Source of the DNA: Eledone cirrhosa
Taxonomy: Eukaryota
NCBI GenBank assembly: GCA_964016885.1
Contig: OZ024757.1
Location: forward strand, 1,116,001 to 1,180,000
DNA length: 64,000 nucleotides
Direction: 5' to 3'
Positions 15,801 through 28,851 of this stretch are shown piece by piece. Position numbers and translations under genes: made by a program. Positions within the stretch are counted from its first letter, which is position 1, and each line of letters opens with the position of its first letter. The notes below the pieces were generated by a model. It was given only the letters and a program-made list of their open reading frames with translations, searched no databases and was not told the origin of the DNA.

Positions 15801-15882
15801 CGTGGCTGTATGGGGGGGGGGTCCGTGAGTGTGTGAGAGATACAGAGAGAGAGATAGGTGTGTGAGAGATAGAGAGAGAGAG

Positions 15883-15950
<68 letters not shown>

Positions 15951-16029
15951 TGAGATCCTGTTCCTTATTCTCTCTCCAGTAATCCGGAACTTTTGTGGTT
16001 TCAACTGTCTTCTGCTCCACTGATGTGTG

Positions 16030-17160
16030 AAGGTGGAGGTGTGTCTACAGACGTGTGTATGGAGATGTGTGTGTGTAGAGAGAGACGTGTATGTGGAGAC
16101 ATGTGTGTCTACAGACGTGTGTGTGTAGAGAGAGACGTGTGTGTGGAGACATGTGTGTGTAGAGAGAGAGACGTGTGTGTGGAGACATGTGTGTGGAGAC
16201 ATGTGTGTGTAGAGAGAGAGACGTGTGTGTGGAGACATGTGTGTGTGTAGAGAGAGAGACGTGTGTGTGGAGACGTGTGTGTAGAGAGAGAGAGACGTGT
16301 GTGTGGAGACATGTGTGTGTGTAGAGAGAGAGACGTGTGTGTGGAGACGTGTGTGTGGAGACGTGTGTGTGGAGACATGTGTGTGTTGTGTGGTGACGTG
16401 TGTGTGTAGAGAGAGACGTGTGTGTGGAGACATGTGTGTGTGTAGAGAGAGACGTGTGTGTGTAGAGAGAGACGTGTGTGTGGAGACATGTGTGTGTTGT
16501 GTGGTGACGTGTGTGTGTCTACAGACGTGTGTATGTATAGAGAGACGTGTGTGTGTATAGAGAGACGTGTGTGTGGAGACATGTGTGTGTAGAGAGAGAG
16601 ACGTGTGTGTGGAGACATGTGTGTGTGGAGACATGTGTGTGTGGAGACGTGTGTGTGGAGACGTGCGTGTGTGTAGAGAGAGACGTGTGTGTGGAGACAT
16701 GTGTGTGTGGAGACGTGTGTGTGTAGAGAGAGACGTGTGTGTGGAGACATGTGTGTGTAGAGAGAGAGACGTGTGTGTGGAGACGTGTGTGTAGAGAAAG
16801 AGACGTGTGTGTGTGTAGAGAGAGACGTGTGTGTGGAGACATGTGTGTGTGAGGAGACGTGTGTGTAGAGAGAGAGACGTGTGTGTGGAGACATGTGTGT
16901 GTGGAGATGTGTGTGTAGAGAGAGAGACGTGTGTGTGGAGACGTGTGTGTGTAGAGAGAGAGAGACGTGTGTGTGGAGACATGTGTGCGTGTAGAGAGAG
17001 AGACGTGTGTAGACATGTGTGTGTGTGGAGGTATATGTGTATGGTTGTGTCTGTGTGTGTGTGAAGTATGTGTGTGTGTGTGTGTCAGTGTGTGTGTGTC
17101 AGTGTGTGTGTGTGTGTGTGTGTCAGTGTGTGTGTGTGTGAAGTATGTGTGTGTGTGTGT
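16030..17160. repeat. Compound (GT)n/(GA)n cryptic minisatellite built from GTGTGTGGAGAC(A/G)T and GTAGAGAGAGAC modules
   Basis: Direct reading. Confidence 0.9.
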
Positions 17161-17243
17161 TTACATACATTTTCTCATTATTCATTAGTTCACCAAAGTT
17201 CTTTCATCACACATTCTGTGAGACACAAAAGAGATCAGAGGAG

Positions 17244-17286
17244 GTCACTGAGGAGGTCACAGGATGTGTGACAAAAGAAATTTGAC
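17244..17286 (+). ncRNA. Family A hammerhead, degenerate (G12A)
   Basis: gtca-CTGAGGA-g-gtcaca(ggatg)tgtgac-AAAA-gaaa-TT-tgac; partial inverted copy at about 17193-17222. Confidence 0.65.
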
Positions 17287-17469
17287 GAACAAATGAGTAA
17301 GGAACAATGAAGATAAAATGATAACGATATGATGTGTGTGTTTGTTTGTATCGGCCAGAGTTGAAATGGTGAAAGGAAAGCTCCATAACTAATGCGACAG
17401 AGGTTACTGACATGGTCGCAAGAGTATCGAGCTGTTAAACTTATCTCCAGATCTTAGAGAGATCAAATT

Positions 17470-17850
17470 TGGGGGGAGGGGAGAACTGGGGTGGGGGGGA
17501 GAACTGAGGCCGGGGGGGGGGACTGATGCGGGGAAGAACTGAGGGAGTTGGACTGAGGCGGGAGGAAGAACTGGGGGGGGGGACTGAGGCCCGGGGGGGA
17601 CTGATGCGGGGAAGAACTGAGGGAGGGGGACTGAGGCGGGAGGAAGAACTGGGGGGGGAGAACTGAGGCCCGGGGGGGGAGACTGATGCGGGGAAGAACT
17701 GAGGGAGGGAGGAAGGACTGGGGGGGGACTGAGGCCCGGGGGGGGGGAGACTGATGCGGGGAAGAACTGAGGGAGGGGGACTGATGCGGGGAAGAACTGA
17801 GGGAGGGGGACTGAGGCGGGAGGAAGAACTGGGGGGGGAACTGAGGCAAA
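17470..17850 (+). repeat. G-rich minisatellite (GACTGA(G/T)GCGGG(A)GGAAGAACTG-Gn modules)
   Basis: Repeated modules with long G runs. Confidence 0.85.
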
Positions 17851-18183
17851 TGTTTTGGTGGCTGGGAAAAGAAACAAGGTGTGTGTGTGGGGGGTGGGGG
17901 TTATTTAAGTCAGCAGCTTTTGCTGCAAATTATGTGTGTATGTGTGGGTATATATTTATATGTGTGTGTGTGTACATATATATATATGTGTGTGTATATA
18001 TATATATATATATGTGCCTGTGTGTGTGTACATATATATATATATGTGTGTGTGTGTACATATATATATATGTGTGTGTGTCTACATATATATATATATG
18101 TGTGTGTGTGTGTGTACATATATATATGTGTTTGTGTGTGTGTACATATATATGTGTGTGTGTACATATATATATGTGTGTAC

Positions 18184-18227
<44 letters not shown>

Positions 18228-18325
18228 ATATATATATATAGATGTGTGTGTGTGTGTGTGTGTACATATATATATATGTGTGCGTGTTTGTGTGTACATA
18301 TATATATATGTACGTGTGTGTGTAC

Positions 18326-18379
<54 letters not shown>

Positions 18380-18381
<2 letters not shown>

Positions 18382-18790
18382 CTTATATATAAAGTGAAGT
18401 TGGGCGTTGTTTGTTTGTTTGGTGTCCCGAACTTGCAGGCTACACCGTGTATCCGATTTTCATGAAACTTGACACATATATCAAACTCGACCCGTAGATT
18501 CGAATAGGCTACTTGAAATTTTCGAAAGATTGATAATCGGGCCCCTAGAAGCCAAAATTCGATACTTTCAAAAATTTCGATGAAACTCGACGCAAGTGTG
18601 TATTTTGATCTGGGGATGAACGTGGGCTACATTAAATTTCTGAAAAATCGATAATTGGATCACCAGAAGCAAAAATCGATATTTACGAAATATGTCCGAT
18701 TCCAATGAAATTTGACGTAGGTACTTGATAGTCGGATCCCCAGATGCAGAAATCCGGCAACCGAAAAACGACATTTTTCTTGCTTCCACT
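18380..18790 (+). mobile_element. Probable non-autonomous Helitron-like 5' portion
   Basis: A|TCTTATATATAAAG..GTTTGTTTGTTTG start; recurrent CCGATTT(T)CA(A)TGAAA(C/T)TTGAC modules. Confidence 0.5.
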
Positions 18791-19252
18791 TATCGCGACT
18801 CCTGCCATGCAAAAAACGTTCAATCTATCAGGATTATCCACCGTAAATCTCTTTAAATTAACGCTCACCATATTCAGCAAACCTTTTATGCCGATTCTTC
18901 CATTTCTTATATAAGGACTATCAAGACTATACCGCCGCGCATCATCCTGTATTGCGCCCTGTCTTCTCAAGCGATCATCGAGCTACATGCGCTCTCTTCA
19001 TTCCCGTGGTCCCACTACCGTAGCATAATGAGGCATCCGTCAACCCCTGTCCTCTCCCTTCCCTGCACGCTGTCGTCCCACTGCATCGTCATGCCTCACC
19101 ATACCGCATTACTGCCCTGTCAGCCACCATCCCCTCCTCAGCCCTTTCTTTTGCCTGCCCGCCGTGCTCCTTCAAGACTGCCATGCCTAACCAAGCCGCA
19201 TCCCTGCCACCATCAAGTCCTGCCGTCTCCCTTCCCTGGTTATGACATCGCC

Positions 19253-19405
19253 ATATATAGCCTGATTGATGATGCGTGCAATAGTTTAGTGCCTACTTCT
19301 CCTGAAGCCTTCAGCATCTCAGCAACTATCCCCAACAGCCCAACAGCCTTACCATTCTTCATTTCCTTAATTGCCTCTTGTACCCCCTATATTCGTCAAT
19401 CTCAA
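19253..19405 (-). pseudogene. RTE LINE internal fragment
   Basis: Close match to 40218-40370 ([23 protein letters not shown]). Confidence 0.8.
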
Positions 19406-19693
19406 TATATATATGTGTATATGTGTTTGTGTATATATATATATACACATATATATATGTACACACACACATATATAATATATATATATACATACATATA
19501 TATGTGTATATATATATATATATATACACATATATCTACACACACACACACACATATATATATAATCCTCTAAGATTAATTAGGGATGTTGACATTTTCA
19601 CTTAATGTGTTTGTAGGTTATGTAAGAAAAGTCATGAAGTAAACACACTAGACTATATATAAGTGTGTGTATATATATATGTATATATATGTG

Positions 19694-19724
<31 letters not shown>

Positions 19725-19974
19725 ATGTGTGAGTGCATGTGTGTGTGTGTGTATACATATGTGTGTATATTGTGTATATATATATATATATATATGTGTG
19801 TGTATATGTGTGTGTGTATATATATATATGTGTATGTTTATATATATTTAATGCGATGAAATACCAATGATGGTTGGCAAATCACTGATGAGGGACTAAT
19901 TTTATAATATGTAATCCATGTGCAACCACGCAGTATTCTTCTCCCCATGTTTTTCATATATATATATATATATA

Positions 19975-20200
19975 TAAGCAGAAGGGATATTCAATTTGTT
20001 GGTAATTCAACAAATATAAATGTTTATAACTGATTCAGAGCACTCGACAGTTTTCTGGAGTATAATATACAATGGAATTAAATAAATGGAAACTATATTT
20101 ATAAAACCATATTTATTCTATTATATATATTTGAAGGGTACCAAACATTTGGTACGCTTTCATCAAATAAAATACGAAGTGTGTTTTATAAATTTTGACA
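19975..20200 (-). mobile_element. Family B unit with mutated HHR (about 20113-20172)
   Basis: Homologous to 45110-45332; core mutated to TTGATGA and CAAA. Confidence 0.65.
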
Positions 20201-20269
20201 TAACCAAGGATATATATATATATATTAATTCAAAATATTAACAAATATAGACATTCATGTGATCAAGTA

Positions 20270-20336
20270 TATTTTATTATACATATTTCAGAGGTACTGA
20301 GCTATTTTCAACAATACGTCCTCATCAGATAAAATA
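20270..20336 (-). ncRNA. Type I hammerhead, family B subvariant
   Basis: tattttat-CTGATGA-ggaCgtattg..cagtacCtct-GAAA-tatgta-TA-ataaaata. Confidence 0.8.
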
Positions 20337-20882
20337 AGTTGATGCTTGACATATCTTGACTATGTTGATGGTTAAAATTCAGTCATGGCAGTGAATAAGT
20401 TAGGACAAAACTCAATATTTATATACCTTAAGATTGAGACATGAAAAATTTACATATAATACAGAGGGTGTGGTGTGAGAAAGCTTATAAAGATACATAA
20501 TAATAAAAAAATAACTACTAATATAATATAAACCTACATAACTGTTAAAAATTTAAATAATTTAAATAAAGTAATATATGGATAACACATTATTGTAGAA
20601 AAAGGAAGTGAAAGACGGAGAGAGAAACAGATGGGGAAAGAGAAAATGACTAGAAATATAGAATTATCTTATGCACGAAAGCAAAAGAAAATTGATTAAG
20701 GATAGAGAGAAGAGGAGAAAAAATAAGTTTTATAGTATAAAACACAGGGAGGGAGACTTGTATTGTCATGGATAAACAGCGTATGATGAGGTTAAAAATA
20801 TATATATATATAAATATTATTAAGTGTAAGGAATTCTTTTACAATGGAATTAGCTCGAAGGAGGAAAATACCCCTGAGCCGT

Positions 20883-21253
20883 GTATAAACTAATATATAT
20901 GATGAAACACAGATACCAACACATCTGTATATATATTGCAAAAGAAAATTTAGCCAGAATGAAAGATACTAATTATTATACTACAGTTTGTCCATATCGA
21001 TTTAAAATAATAAATCAACAAAGACGAACTGCATTGCCAAAAGGCTATGATGTTTAGACACATTTAAATTTCAAAATCAAACCTGTTCCGTAGATAAGTT
21101 TAAACTTTAAAATCCAAATATGTTTCGAGATAAATAAGTGTAGGAATATCATGTCCTGCTCTCCTCAGTAAACATCCATGGACAAAATTTTCTTTTGCAA
21201 TATATATACAGATGTGTTGGTATCTGTGTTTCATCATATATATTAGTTTATAT
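20883..21253. repeat. ~68-bp inverted repeat with ~235-bp spacer
   Basis: 20883-20951 versus 21184-21253 is essentially a perfect reverse complement. Confidence 0.85.
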
Positions 21254-21456
21254 ATATAAATATTTATTTGGGTATAGCTTGGTGAATGATTATTTCGAAT
21301 CCTTAATTATTCTATATATAATTTAAATTAGTTTATATATAAATTATTATATATATATATATATCAACGACCATCCAAAAGTGTGTAAATATATACATAT
21401 GTAAATATGTACATATGTATGTATATGTGTATATACATGGGTGTATGTATATGTGT

Positions 21457-21785
21457 GGGGTCATAGAAATAGTCGGGCTGGACACTCGATCTCGCGGTTA
21501 AACGACTGGGAGTGAAGGACCTCTAGCCTTTGTCAGGGCATTCTTCTAGGAACTCAGGAAACTGGGATAACTCCGATATAAAACCTGCGGCTCAGTAGTT
21601 ACCGATGATGATGATCTTTTCTTCTTTTCGGGTTATAGCTACTGTCGCTCAGAGAGTGGGATTGGCTCAGTGCACAGTCTTTCCTCACTTTAAAAAATAT
21701 CTTCACGCACAGGCATTGCACGATAGAATTAATTAATAATGGTATATCATGCAATGGCCATACTCGATAACAAGGAGGCAACCAT

Positions 21786-21787
<2 letters not shown>
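21457..21787 (+). mobile_element. Non-autonomous RTE-related element (5'UTR-like sequence plus short tail)
   Basis: Second copy at 42105-42385 (-); shares GCTCAGAGAGTGGGATTGG..CACTT(T)AAAAAA..GGCATTGC with the 5'UTR of the RTE at about 51015-51090. Confidence 0.6.
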
Positions 21788-21843
<56 letters not shown>

Positions 21844-21861
21844 ATATATAATATATATATA

Positions 21862-22125
21862 TATATGTTAACCTTGGTCTTCCTCTTCTAGTGTGTCCAT
21901 GTAGGGGCTCCCAAAGGAGCACTGAGTGCAATGTCAACTCTGGATGTCGGTGAGCATGTCCAGCCAACCTCAGTCTCCTCTGTGTCACTTTTGAGCTGAC
22001 TTTTGGGATGCTCCCATACAGGTTAACATATGTTGATGCCCTAAGGACAGACACTGGTCTGTTGGAGATGCAGGATATGGCAGCGATAATGAGGGACAGA
22101 GACCGCTGGAGAGAACTCGTCCATG
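21862..22125. pseudogene. RTE-type LINE 3' fragment with 5' inversion
   Basis: Minus part RRLRLAGHAHRHPE..VLLWEP.HG..RRGRPRLT; plus part RLTYVDALRTDTGL..MRDRDRWRELV. Confidence 0.8.
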
Positions 22126-22137
22126 TATATATATACA

Positions 22138-24054
22138 GCAAAGTGTAAATGAAGTAAGAGAGAAATTAGGCGTAAGAGGCATCAGATGCAGTTTACTAGA
22201 GAGGAGATTGCGTTGATATGGTCATTTGATGCATATGGAGTATGAAGGCTGTATAAAAAGGTTCAAGGTGATCAAAATTGATGGAAACTACGGAGTAGGT
22301 AGACCCAGGTAGACCTGGGATGAGGTGATAAAGGCTGACCTTGTGCAACTGTACCTCCCAAAGACACAGGATCGAGATCTTTGGTGTACACAACGAACTC
22401 AAACATATACCTAGTAGGCACCTCTTAACCACTATACCATCACCCACACCACCCTTACACTGTGAACAAAATATATCCAGCCCACAACAAGCACCCAGTG
22501 TCACAACAAGTACCCAGCCCACACTGCAAAGTGGTTGTATAGGTGTCACAACAAGCACCCAGCCCACATTGAAAAGTGGTTGTGTAGGTGTCACAACAAG
22601 CACCCAGCCCACACTGCAAAGTGGTTGTGTAGGTGTCACAACAAGCACCCGGCCCACACTGCAAAGTGGTTGTATAGGTGTCACAACAAGCACCCAGCCC
22701 ACATTGAAAAGTGGTTGTGTAGGTGTCACAACAAGCACCCAGCCCACACTGCAAAGTGGTTGTGTAGGTGTCACAACAAGCACCTAGCCCACACTGCAAA
22801 GTGGTTGTGTAGGTGTCACAACAAGGACCCAGCCCACACTGCAAAGTGGTTGTGTAGGTGTCACAACAAGCACCCAGCCCACACTGCAAAGTGGTTGTGT
22901 AGGTGTCACAACAAGGACCCAGCTCACACTGCAAAGTGGTTGTGTAGGTGTCACAACAAGGACCCAGCCCACACTGCAAAGTGGTTGTGTAGGTGTCACA
23001 ACAAGGACCCAGCCCACACTGCAAAGTGGTTGTGTAGGTGTCACAACAAGGACCCAGCCCACACTGCAAAGTGGTTGTATAGGTGTCACAACAAGGACCC
23101 AGCCCACACTGCAAAGTGGTTGTGTAGGTGTCACAACAAGCACCCAGCCCACACTGCAAAGTGGTTGTGTAGGTGTCACAACAAGGACCCAACCCACACT
23201 GCAAAGTGGTTGTGTAGGTGTCACAACAAGCACCCAGCCCACACTGCAAAGTGGTTGTGTAGGTGTCACAACAAGGACCCAGCCCACACTGCAAAGTGGT
23301 TGTGTAGGTGTCACAACAAGGACCCAGCCCACACTGCAAAGTGGTTGTGTAGGTGTCACAACAAGCACCCAGCCCACACTGCAAAGTGGTTGTATAGGTG
23401 TCACAACAAGCACCCAGCCCACACTGCAAAGTGGTTGTGTAGGTGTCACAACAAGCACCCAGCCCACACTGCAAAGTGGTTATGTAGGTGTCACAACAAG
23501 CACCCAGCCCACACTGCAAAGTGGTTGTGTAGGTGTCACAACAAGGACCCAGCCCACACTGCAAAGTGGTTGTGTAGGTGTCACAACAAGGACCCAGCCC
23601 ACACTGCAAAGTGGTTGTGTAGGTGTCACAACAAGGACCCAGCCCACACTGCAAAGTGGTTGTGTAGGTGTCACAACAAGGACCCAGCCCACACTGCAAA
23701 GTGGTTGTGTAGGTGTCACAACAAGGACCCAGCCCACACTGCAAAGTGGTTGTGTAGGTGTCACAACAAGGACCCAGCCCACACTGCAAAGTGGTTGTGT
23801 AGGTGTCACAACAAGCACCCAGCCCACACTGCAAAGTGGTTGTGTAGGTGTCACAACAAGCACCCAGCCCACATTGTAAAGTGGTTGGCATTACGAAGGG
23901 CATCCAGCCATAGCAACCAAGACATCCAGCCATAGCAACCAAGCCAGAAACAGTCCTATATGAGTTAGACACGGTCACCTGACCCGACTTGTCCCAAATG
24001 GGACGACCCATCAAACACAGGCTAGAATGGAAAATGGATGTTAAACGATGATAA

Positions 24055-24058
<4 letters not shown>
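22138..24058 (+). mobile_element. RTE LINE 3' end with expanded 45-bp minisatellite in the 3'UTR
   Basis: EVREKLGVRGIRC..RRLR*YGHLMHM..GRPR*TWDEVIKADL, homologous to 37547-37873; tail GGATGTTAAACGATGATAATG. Confidence 0.85.
22490..23885. repeat. 45-bp minisatellite, ~31 copies (GTCACAACAAG(C/G)ACCCAGCCCACACTGCAAAGTGGTTGTGTAGGT)
   Basis: 15-aa periodicity of the spurious ORFs; highly homogeneous units. Confidence 0.97.
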
Positions 24059-24097
<39 letters not shown>

Positions 24098-24100
<3 letters not shown>

Positions 24101-24727
24101 AGAGAATTAGTATATTTACCAACATATGCGTAAAGATGTGCACTAATGCTAGCAAATACATAAGTTATGTCATAGTACCTAGGTGGTTCAATGCAGGAGG
24201 ATGCAGAACAATTATATGAAAGACGTAAAATAAGAAAATTTTAAAAATTAAAAATTAACTTACTTACTAAAATTTTCACTCCAACTAATTAGTTTCTGTA
24301 ATGGGATAAAGATAGTTACGCAATGTAACCATCGAGAATTCATTACGTCATCAGGGAGTCTATTCTCAGCTAAGTCTCCAGGCAATGCGCGGATACTAGG
24401 GACTCATATAAAAATAATAATTCGGTGGATGGAACAGCTAGCGGGGACTGAATTCCATAGCACTGAAAAAGTTCACTGTCTCTGGTCAAATGGCAGATTC
24501 TAAAGAATCAATCACGTGACACTGAGGCTAGTCAGAAGGAGTGGGGTGGTATAATGACAAAAGCCTACTACCACTACAATGATTTGGCAAGTTTGCTCAA
24601 CAAATAAATAATTTGGAGATAAATATAGAGAATTAGTATATTTACCAACATATGCGTACAGATGTACACTAATGCTAGCAAATACATAAGTTATGTCATA
24701 GTACCTAGGTGGTTCAATGCAGGAGGA

Positions 24728-24728
<1 letters not shown>
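24098..24728 (-). mobile_element. HHR-bearing 526-nt unit present as a 1.2-mer (retrozyme/mini-PLE-like) between (TA)n tracts
   Basis: 105-bp direct repeat 24098-24202 / 24624-24728 (2 mismatches) enclosing a hammerhead. Confidence 0.7.
24278..24359 (-). ncRNA. Type I hammerhead ribozyme, canonical core
   Basis: actcc-CTGATGA-c gtaatg(long loop)cattac a-GAAA-ctaattag-TT-ggagt; stem III ACTAATTAGT is a perfect palindrome. Confidence 0.88.
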
Positions 24729-24799
<71 letters not shown>

Positions 24800-24802
24800 G
24801 TA

Positions 24803-24902
<100 letters not shown>

Positions 24903-24903
24903 A

Positions 24904-24936
<33 letters not shown>

Positions 24937-24938
24937 AG

Positions 24939-24976
<38 letters not shown>

Positions 24977-24977
24977 A

Positions 24978-25010
<33 letters not shown>

Positions 25011-25012
25011 AG

Positions 25013-25048
<36 letters not shown>

Positions 25049-25049
25049 A

Positions 25050-25151
<102 letters not shown>

Positions 25152-25316
25152 TTATATATATATCTATATATATATATATATATAAGTATATATATATATA
25201 TAAGTATATATAGAGAAAATTGAGGTTGGTAATGGCACATGGAATATATAAGAGACAGAATACTTTTTTGTGAAAAAACATAATTTTATAAGGTAAGGAA
25301 ATAATAAAGGGTATAA

Positions 25317-25364
25317 AAAATGACCGGTTTCGATGGGTCTGCAAAAGCCATCTTTTCAAATGTT
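25317..25364 (-). ncRNA. Type I hammerhead with U3-A8 core in the PLE 3' region
   Basis: aacat-TTGAAAA-gatgg..ccatc-GAAA-ccgg-TC-atttt; palindromic ACCGGT stem III. Confidence 0.7.
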
Positions 25365-25720
25365 GATTAATATTAAGAAAAATTAATAATACGAAGAGTT
25401 AAAATTTGAGACTTGAAAATTCAAGTATAAAATTCATTGTGGGATTTCATAGCAGTTTTCATCTAGGTAGCAACAACAGGTTGACTGCTGTGTCCCTTTC
25501 TGGTAGTGAATGAGAAGTTATTTGGGGTGTGGGTTATTTTATAAAGGTCAGATTTAGCAATCACCAACTGGCCAGCTGCTGGTCAGTGAGGGGGTGGAAG
25601 CAATATACATACACATATCTTCCTGTGATGGGTAGGAGAGTGGGGCGTGATAGAAAGGGATTTAGTGCACTTACACCTATATATACACACATACCTTCAT
25701 CCACACATACATACATATAC

Positions 25721-25757
<37 letters not shown>

Positions 25758-25822
25758 CACACATACATACACACACACATACATATACATACACACATAC
25801 ACACACACACATATATACAAAT

Positions 25823-25881
<59 letters not shown>

Positions 25882-25973
25882 TATATATACATACACATAC
25901 ATCCAGATACACACATACATACACACACACACACACACATATATATATACACATATATATATATATCTATATC

Positions 25974-26014
<41 letters not shown>

Positions 26015-26568
26015 ACACATACATACACACACACACACATATATATATACATACACACATACAAACATACACACACACACACATATATATACACACATAT
26101 ATATACACACACACACACATCCAGATACCCACATACATACACACACACACACACACACGCACACACAATACATACATCCACATGCACACACATACACACA
26201 CACACACATATACACATACATACACCCACACACAGAGAAATGGCCTTCAAATATATATATATATATATACATACAGACACATATATTTTTTCCATAATAT
26301 AAGAAGTTGGGGCAGTGAAATTAAAATACAAGTCATTCTGATCACATTGAGCTCTTAATGTAGATTGGGCCCCGCAACCAACAGTGGTGAATTCTGTGTG
26401 CGCATATATATATAGATATATGTGTGTGCACGTGCAGGGTTTAACATGGATGTGTTGGTCACACAAAGGCATGGTCTGTCAATGAATAAACCTGATTCTA
26501 CAGAATTGGTCTCTGGTCTTTAATAGTAGTGATTCCGTGCGTATGTGTGTTTATATTTTATGACAATT

Positions 26569-28851
26569 CTATTGGGGTGATAACCCGTTTAGTTTTGGTT
26601 TAAATTTGTTAAGGAATAGATTTTCTTTGTTTATTCTTTGTTGCTGTGTGAACGAATCTGAGCACTTGTAGAAGGGGAAGATTTTAAAGTTGGGTAGTGT
26701 CATTCCTGCGCAGTTCGCAATATGGCTGCTCAAGGGGATTTTTCTTGTGTTAGCGTCCCGGATTTGTTGGCGGTGGATGGTCATTCTTTTGTGTAATGAG
26801 GTGCCCGTCTGTCCTATGTAGTTGTGTTTGCACCCACCGCAAGTTATTGCGTAAATCAAGTTCTCCGAGTTGCAGGTGAAATTGTTTTTTACTGTAAATG
26901 TTTGGCCGTCTTTGAATGTAAATGTTTGTCCTTCAGTGAGGTAGAGGCACGTTCCACAGTTTGTTCTACCACATTTGGTAACTGTAGGGTTGAGGATTGG
27001 TTTGGGTATATTTGGTCCAGTGAGAATGCGTTTAAGTGATTTGGGTTGTCTTTTACTTTTAAGGATCTTGTGTGTTTCAAGAATAGACTTCATTTTTACA
27101 TCTTTAAGTAGGATGGGGAGGTTTTTGTGTAGGTGATCAAACATTTCGGTATTTCTGGGGTTGAAAGTGGATACATATGGCAGGGTGTTGAGTGTGGTTT
27201 TCTGTTTTGGATTGTTAAGTTGATGGGGATTTAGGTGTTTTGCCCTGTCTATTCCATTGTTGATTATTTCAAGTGGAAAGGCTCTTAAGATAAGGGTGTC
27301 TTTTAGTTCCTTTAGTCTTTGCTCCCGTTTAGGTGGATCTGATACTATGGTACATATACGTTTGGCCAAATTGTAAGGAATGTTAAGTTTTGTATGTTTT
27401 GGGTGACTTGATGTGAAAAAGAGGTATTGCTTGGAATCTGTGGGTTTATAGAATATATCTGTATCTAATTTCCCGTCTATTACAGAGATGAGAATATCCA
27501 AGAAGGCTAATTCCTTAGGATTGGATTCCATTGTGAATTGTATGTTATTATCTATGTTGTTTATCATGTTTTTAAACGTAGTAAGTGAGTTCATGTCTTC
27601 TTGCCATAGGATAAAGCAGTCGTCTAGATATCTTTTCCAATTGGCTTTGAGGTGTGTGTGGAAAGAGTCTCCAAATAAGAGAAGAGACTGACTGTATATT
27701 TGTTGTTCATGGAATCCCATGACTAGGTTGGCATATGTGGGTGCTACTTTCGAGCCCATTGCCGTACCTGATACTTGTCTGTATGTTGAACCATTGAATG
27801 TGAAGTAGTTATTTTGTAGGATAAAGCGGAGTCCGTCAGTGATAAAATCTGTGTTGATGCGTGTCGGTATTTCTGATGGGTGTGTGTTAAGCCAGTATTG
27901 GACTGCTGTTATTCCATAGTTGTGAGGTATGTTTGTGTAGAGGTTTATTACGTCAAAGGAGACAAGAATTGTATTTGCACTTACTGTTTTAGGGAGGTGT
28001 TTCAGCATGTCAAGGTCATCTCGTATGTAGCTCTGTATATGTTGTAGAAAGGGTTTCAGTAGGATGTCCAGAAAGTTGCTAAGTCTGTGGGTTTCACATG
28101 TAGGGCCTGCTATAATTGGCCTGAGTTTTAGGTCTTCTGGTGGTGTTAGTTCAATGTAATTGTTGGTTGAGGTGTCACATGCATCGTTTATGGGTTTACA
28201 TTTGTGAAGTTTCGGTAAGCCGTAAAAAGAGCTTGTATTGCATTTGAAGTGGCTTATATAGTTAAACTCTTTTGTGGTTAAGCTGTTGCGGTATTTATTC
28301 AGTAAGGTTAAAAGGTTCCCCATTGTTTTGGTGTGTTTGTAGTTTTCTGTTTTTTCATAGTATGTGTTGTTTTCTAAAATGTTAAGTGCGAGGGTCCTAT
28401 AGTAGTCCGTATTCATAATGACAACAGTACTGCCTTTATCGGCTTCTTTGATAGTTATCTCAGGGTTGTTTCTAAGTGTGAATAATTCTTCCCATTCGTG
28501 TGTAGATAGGTTTGATTTCGTGTGTTTATTTGTAATTTTTTCATAGGGAAAGTTGGTGATGTGTTCGCAGTACGTGTCCAGTGCTTTATTTCTTCCCTTT
28601 TGTGGGCAGAAATTGCTTTTATTTCTAACCAGTGATTCGTCTTCAGTGTTGGTGTCGTTGTGGAAGAATTCCGTTAGTCGCAGCTTTCGGCAGTATTCCA
28701 TGATGTCATCCTTCATTTCGGGGAAGTTTGGTTTACGTGGTGTAGGTGTAAATTTCAGGCCCTTACTTAAAATGTTGATTTGTGTGTTGGTTAGAGGTGT
28801 CTTTGAGAGGTTGATTATTTTTGGTTTCTCCTGAGGGGGGGGGGGGGCCAT
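26569..28851 (-). CDS. PLE reverse transcriptase / GIY-YIG endonuclease polyprotein (760 aa, uninterrupted)
   Basis: [80 protein letters not shown], CxxxxCxxC linker, [16 protein letters not shown]...H, E..FL......LN. Confidence 0.95.
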   Translation of the reverse strand: MAPPPPQEKPKIINLSKTPLTNTQINILSKGLKFTPTPRKPNFPEMKDDIMEYCRKLRLTEFFHNDTNTEDESLVRNKSNFCPQKGRNKALDTYCEHITNFPYEKITNKHTKSNLSTHEWEELFTLRNNPEITIKEADKGSTVVIMNTDYYRTLALNILENNTYYEKTENYKHTKTMGNLLTLLNKYRNSLTTKEFNYISHFKCNTSSFYGLPKLHKCKPINDACDTSTNNYIELTPPEDLKLRPIIAGPTCETHRLSNFLDILLKPFLQHIQSYIRDDLDMLKHLPKTVSANTILVSFDVINLYTNIPHNYGITAVQYWLNTHPSEIPTRINTDFITDGLRFILQNNYFTFNGSTYRQVSGTAMGSKVAPTYANLVMGFHEQQIYSQSLLLFGDSFHTHLKANWKRYLDDCFILWQEDMNSLTTFKNMINNIDNNIQFTMESNPKELAFLDILISVIDGKLDTDIFYKPTDSKQYLFFTSSHPKHTKLNIPYNLAKRICTIVSDPPKREQRLKELKDTLILRAFPLEIINNGIDRAKHLNPHQLNNPKQKTTLNTLPYVSTFNPRNTEMFDHLHKNLPILLKDVKMKSILETHKILKSKRQPKSLKRILTGPNIPKPILNPTVTKCGRTNCGTCLYLTEGQTFTFKDGQTFTVKNNFTCNSENLIYAITCGGCKHNYIGQTGTSLHKRMTIHRQQIRDANTRKIPLSSHIANCAGMTLPNFKIFPFYKCSDSFTQQQRINKENLFLNKFKPKLNGLSPQ

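Noticed and set aside
18683-18970. 95-aa ORF as a host gene
   Set aside because: No recognisable domain, a non-ATG start, and it runs into Helitron-like repeat sequence.
19880-19945. CTGATGA-initiated hammerhead
   Set aside because: No GAAA or stem III downstream.
22455-24161. 568-aa Cys-rich and 466-aa ORFs
   Set aside because: Translations of a 45-bp minisatellite inside an RTE 3'UTR; open in several frames on both strands.
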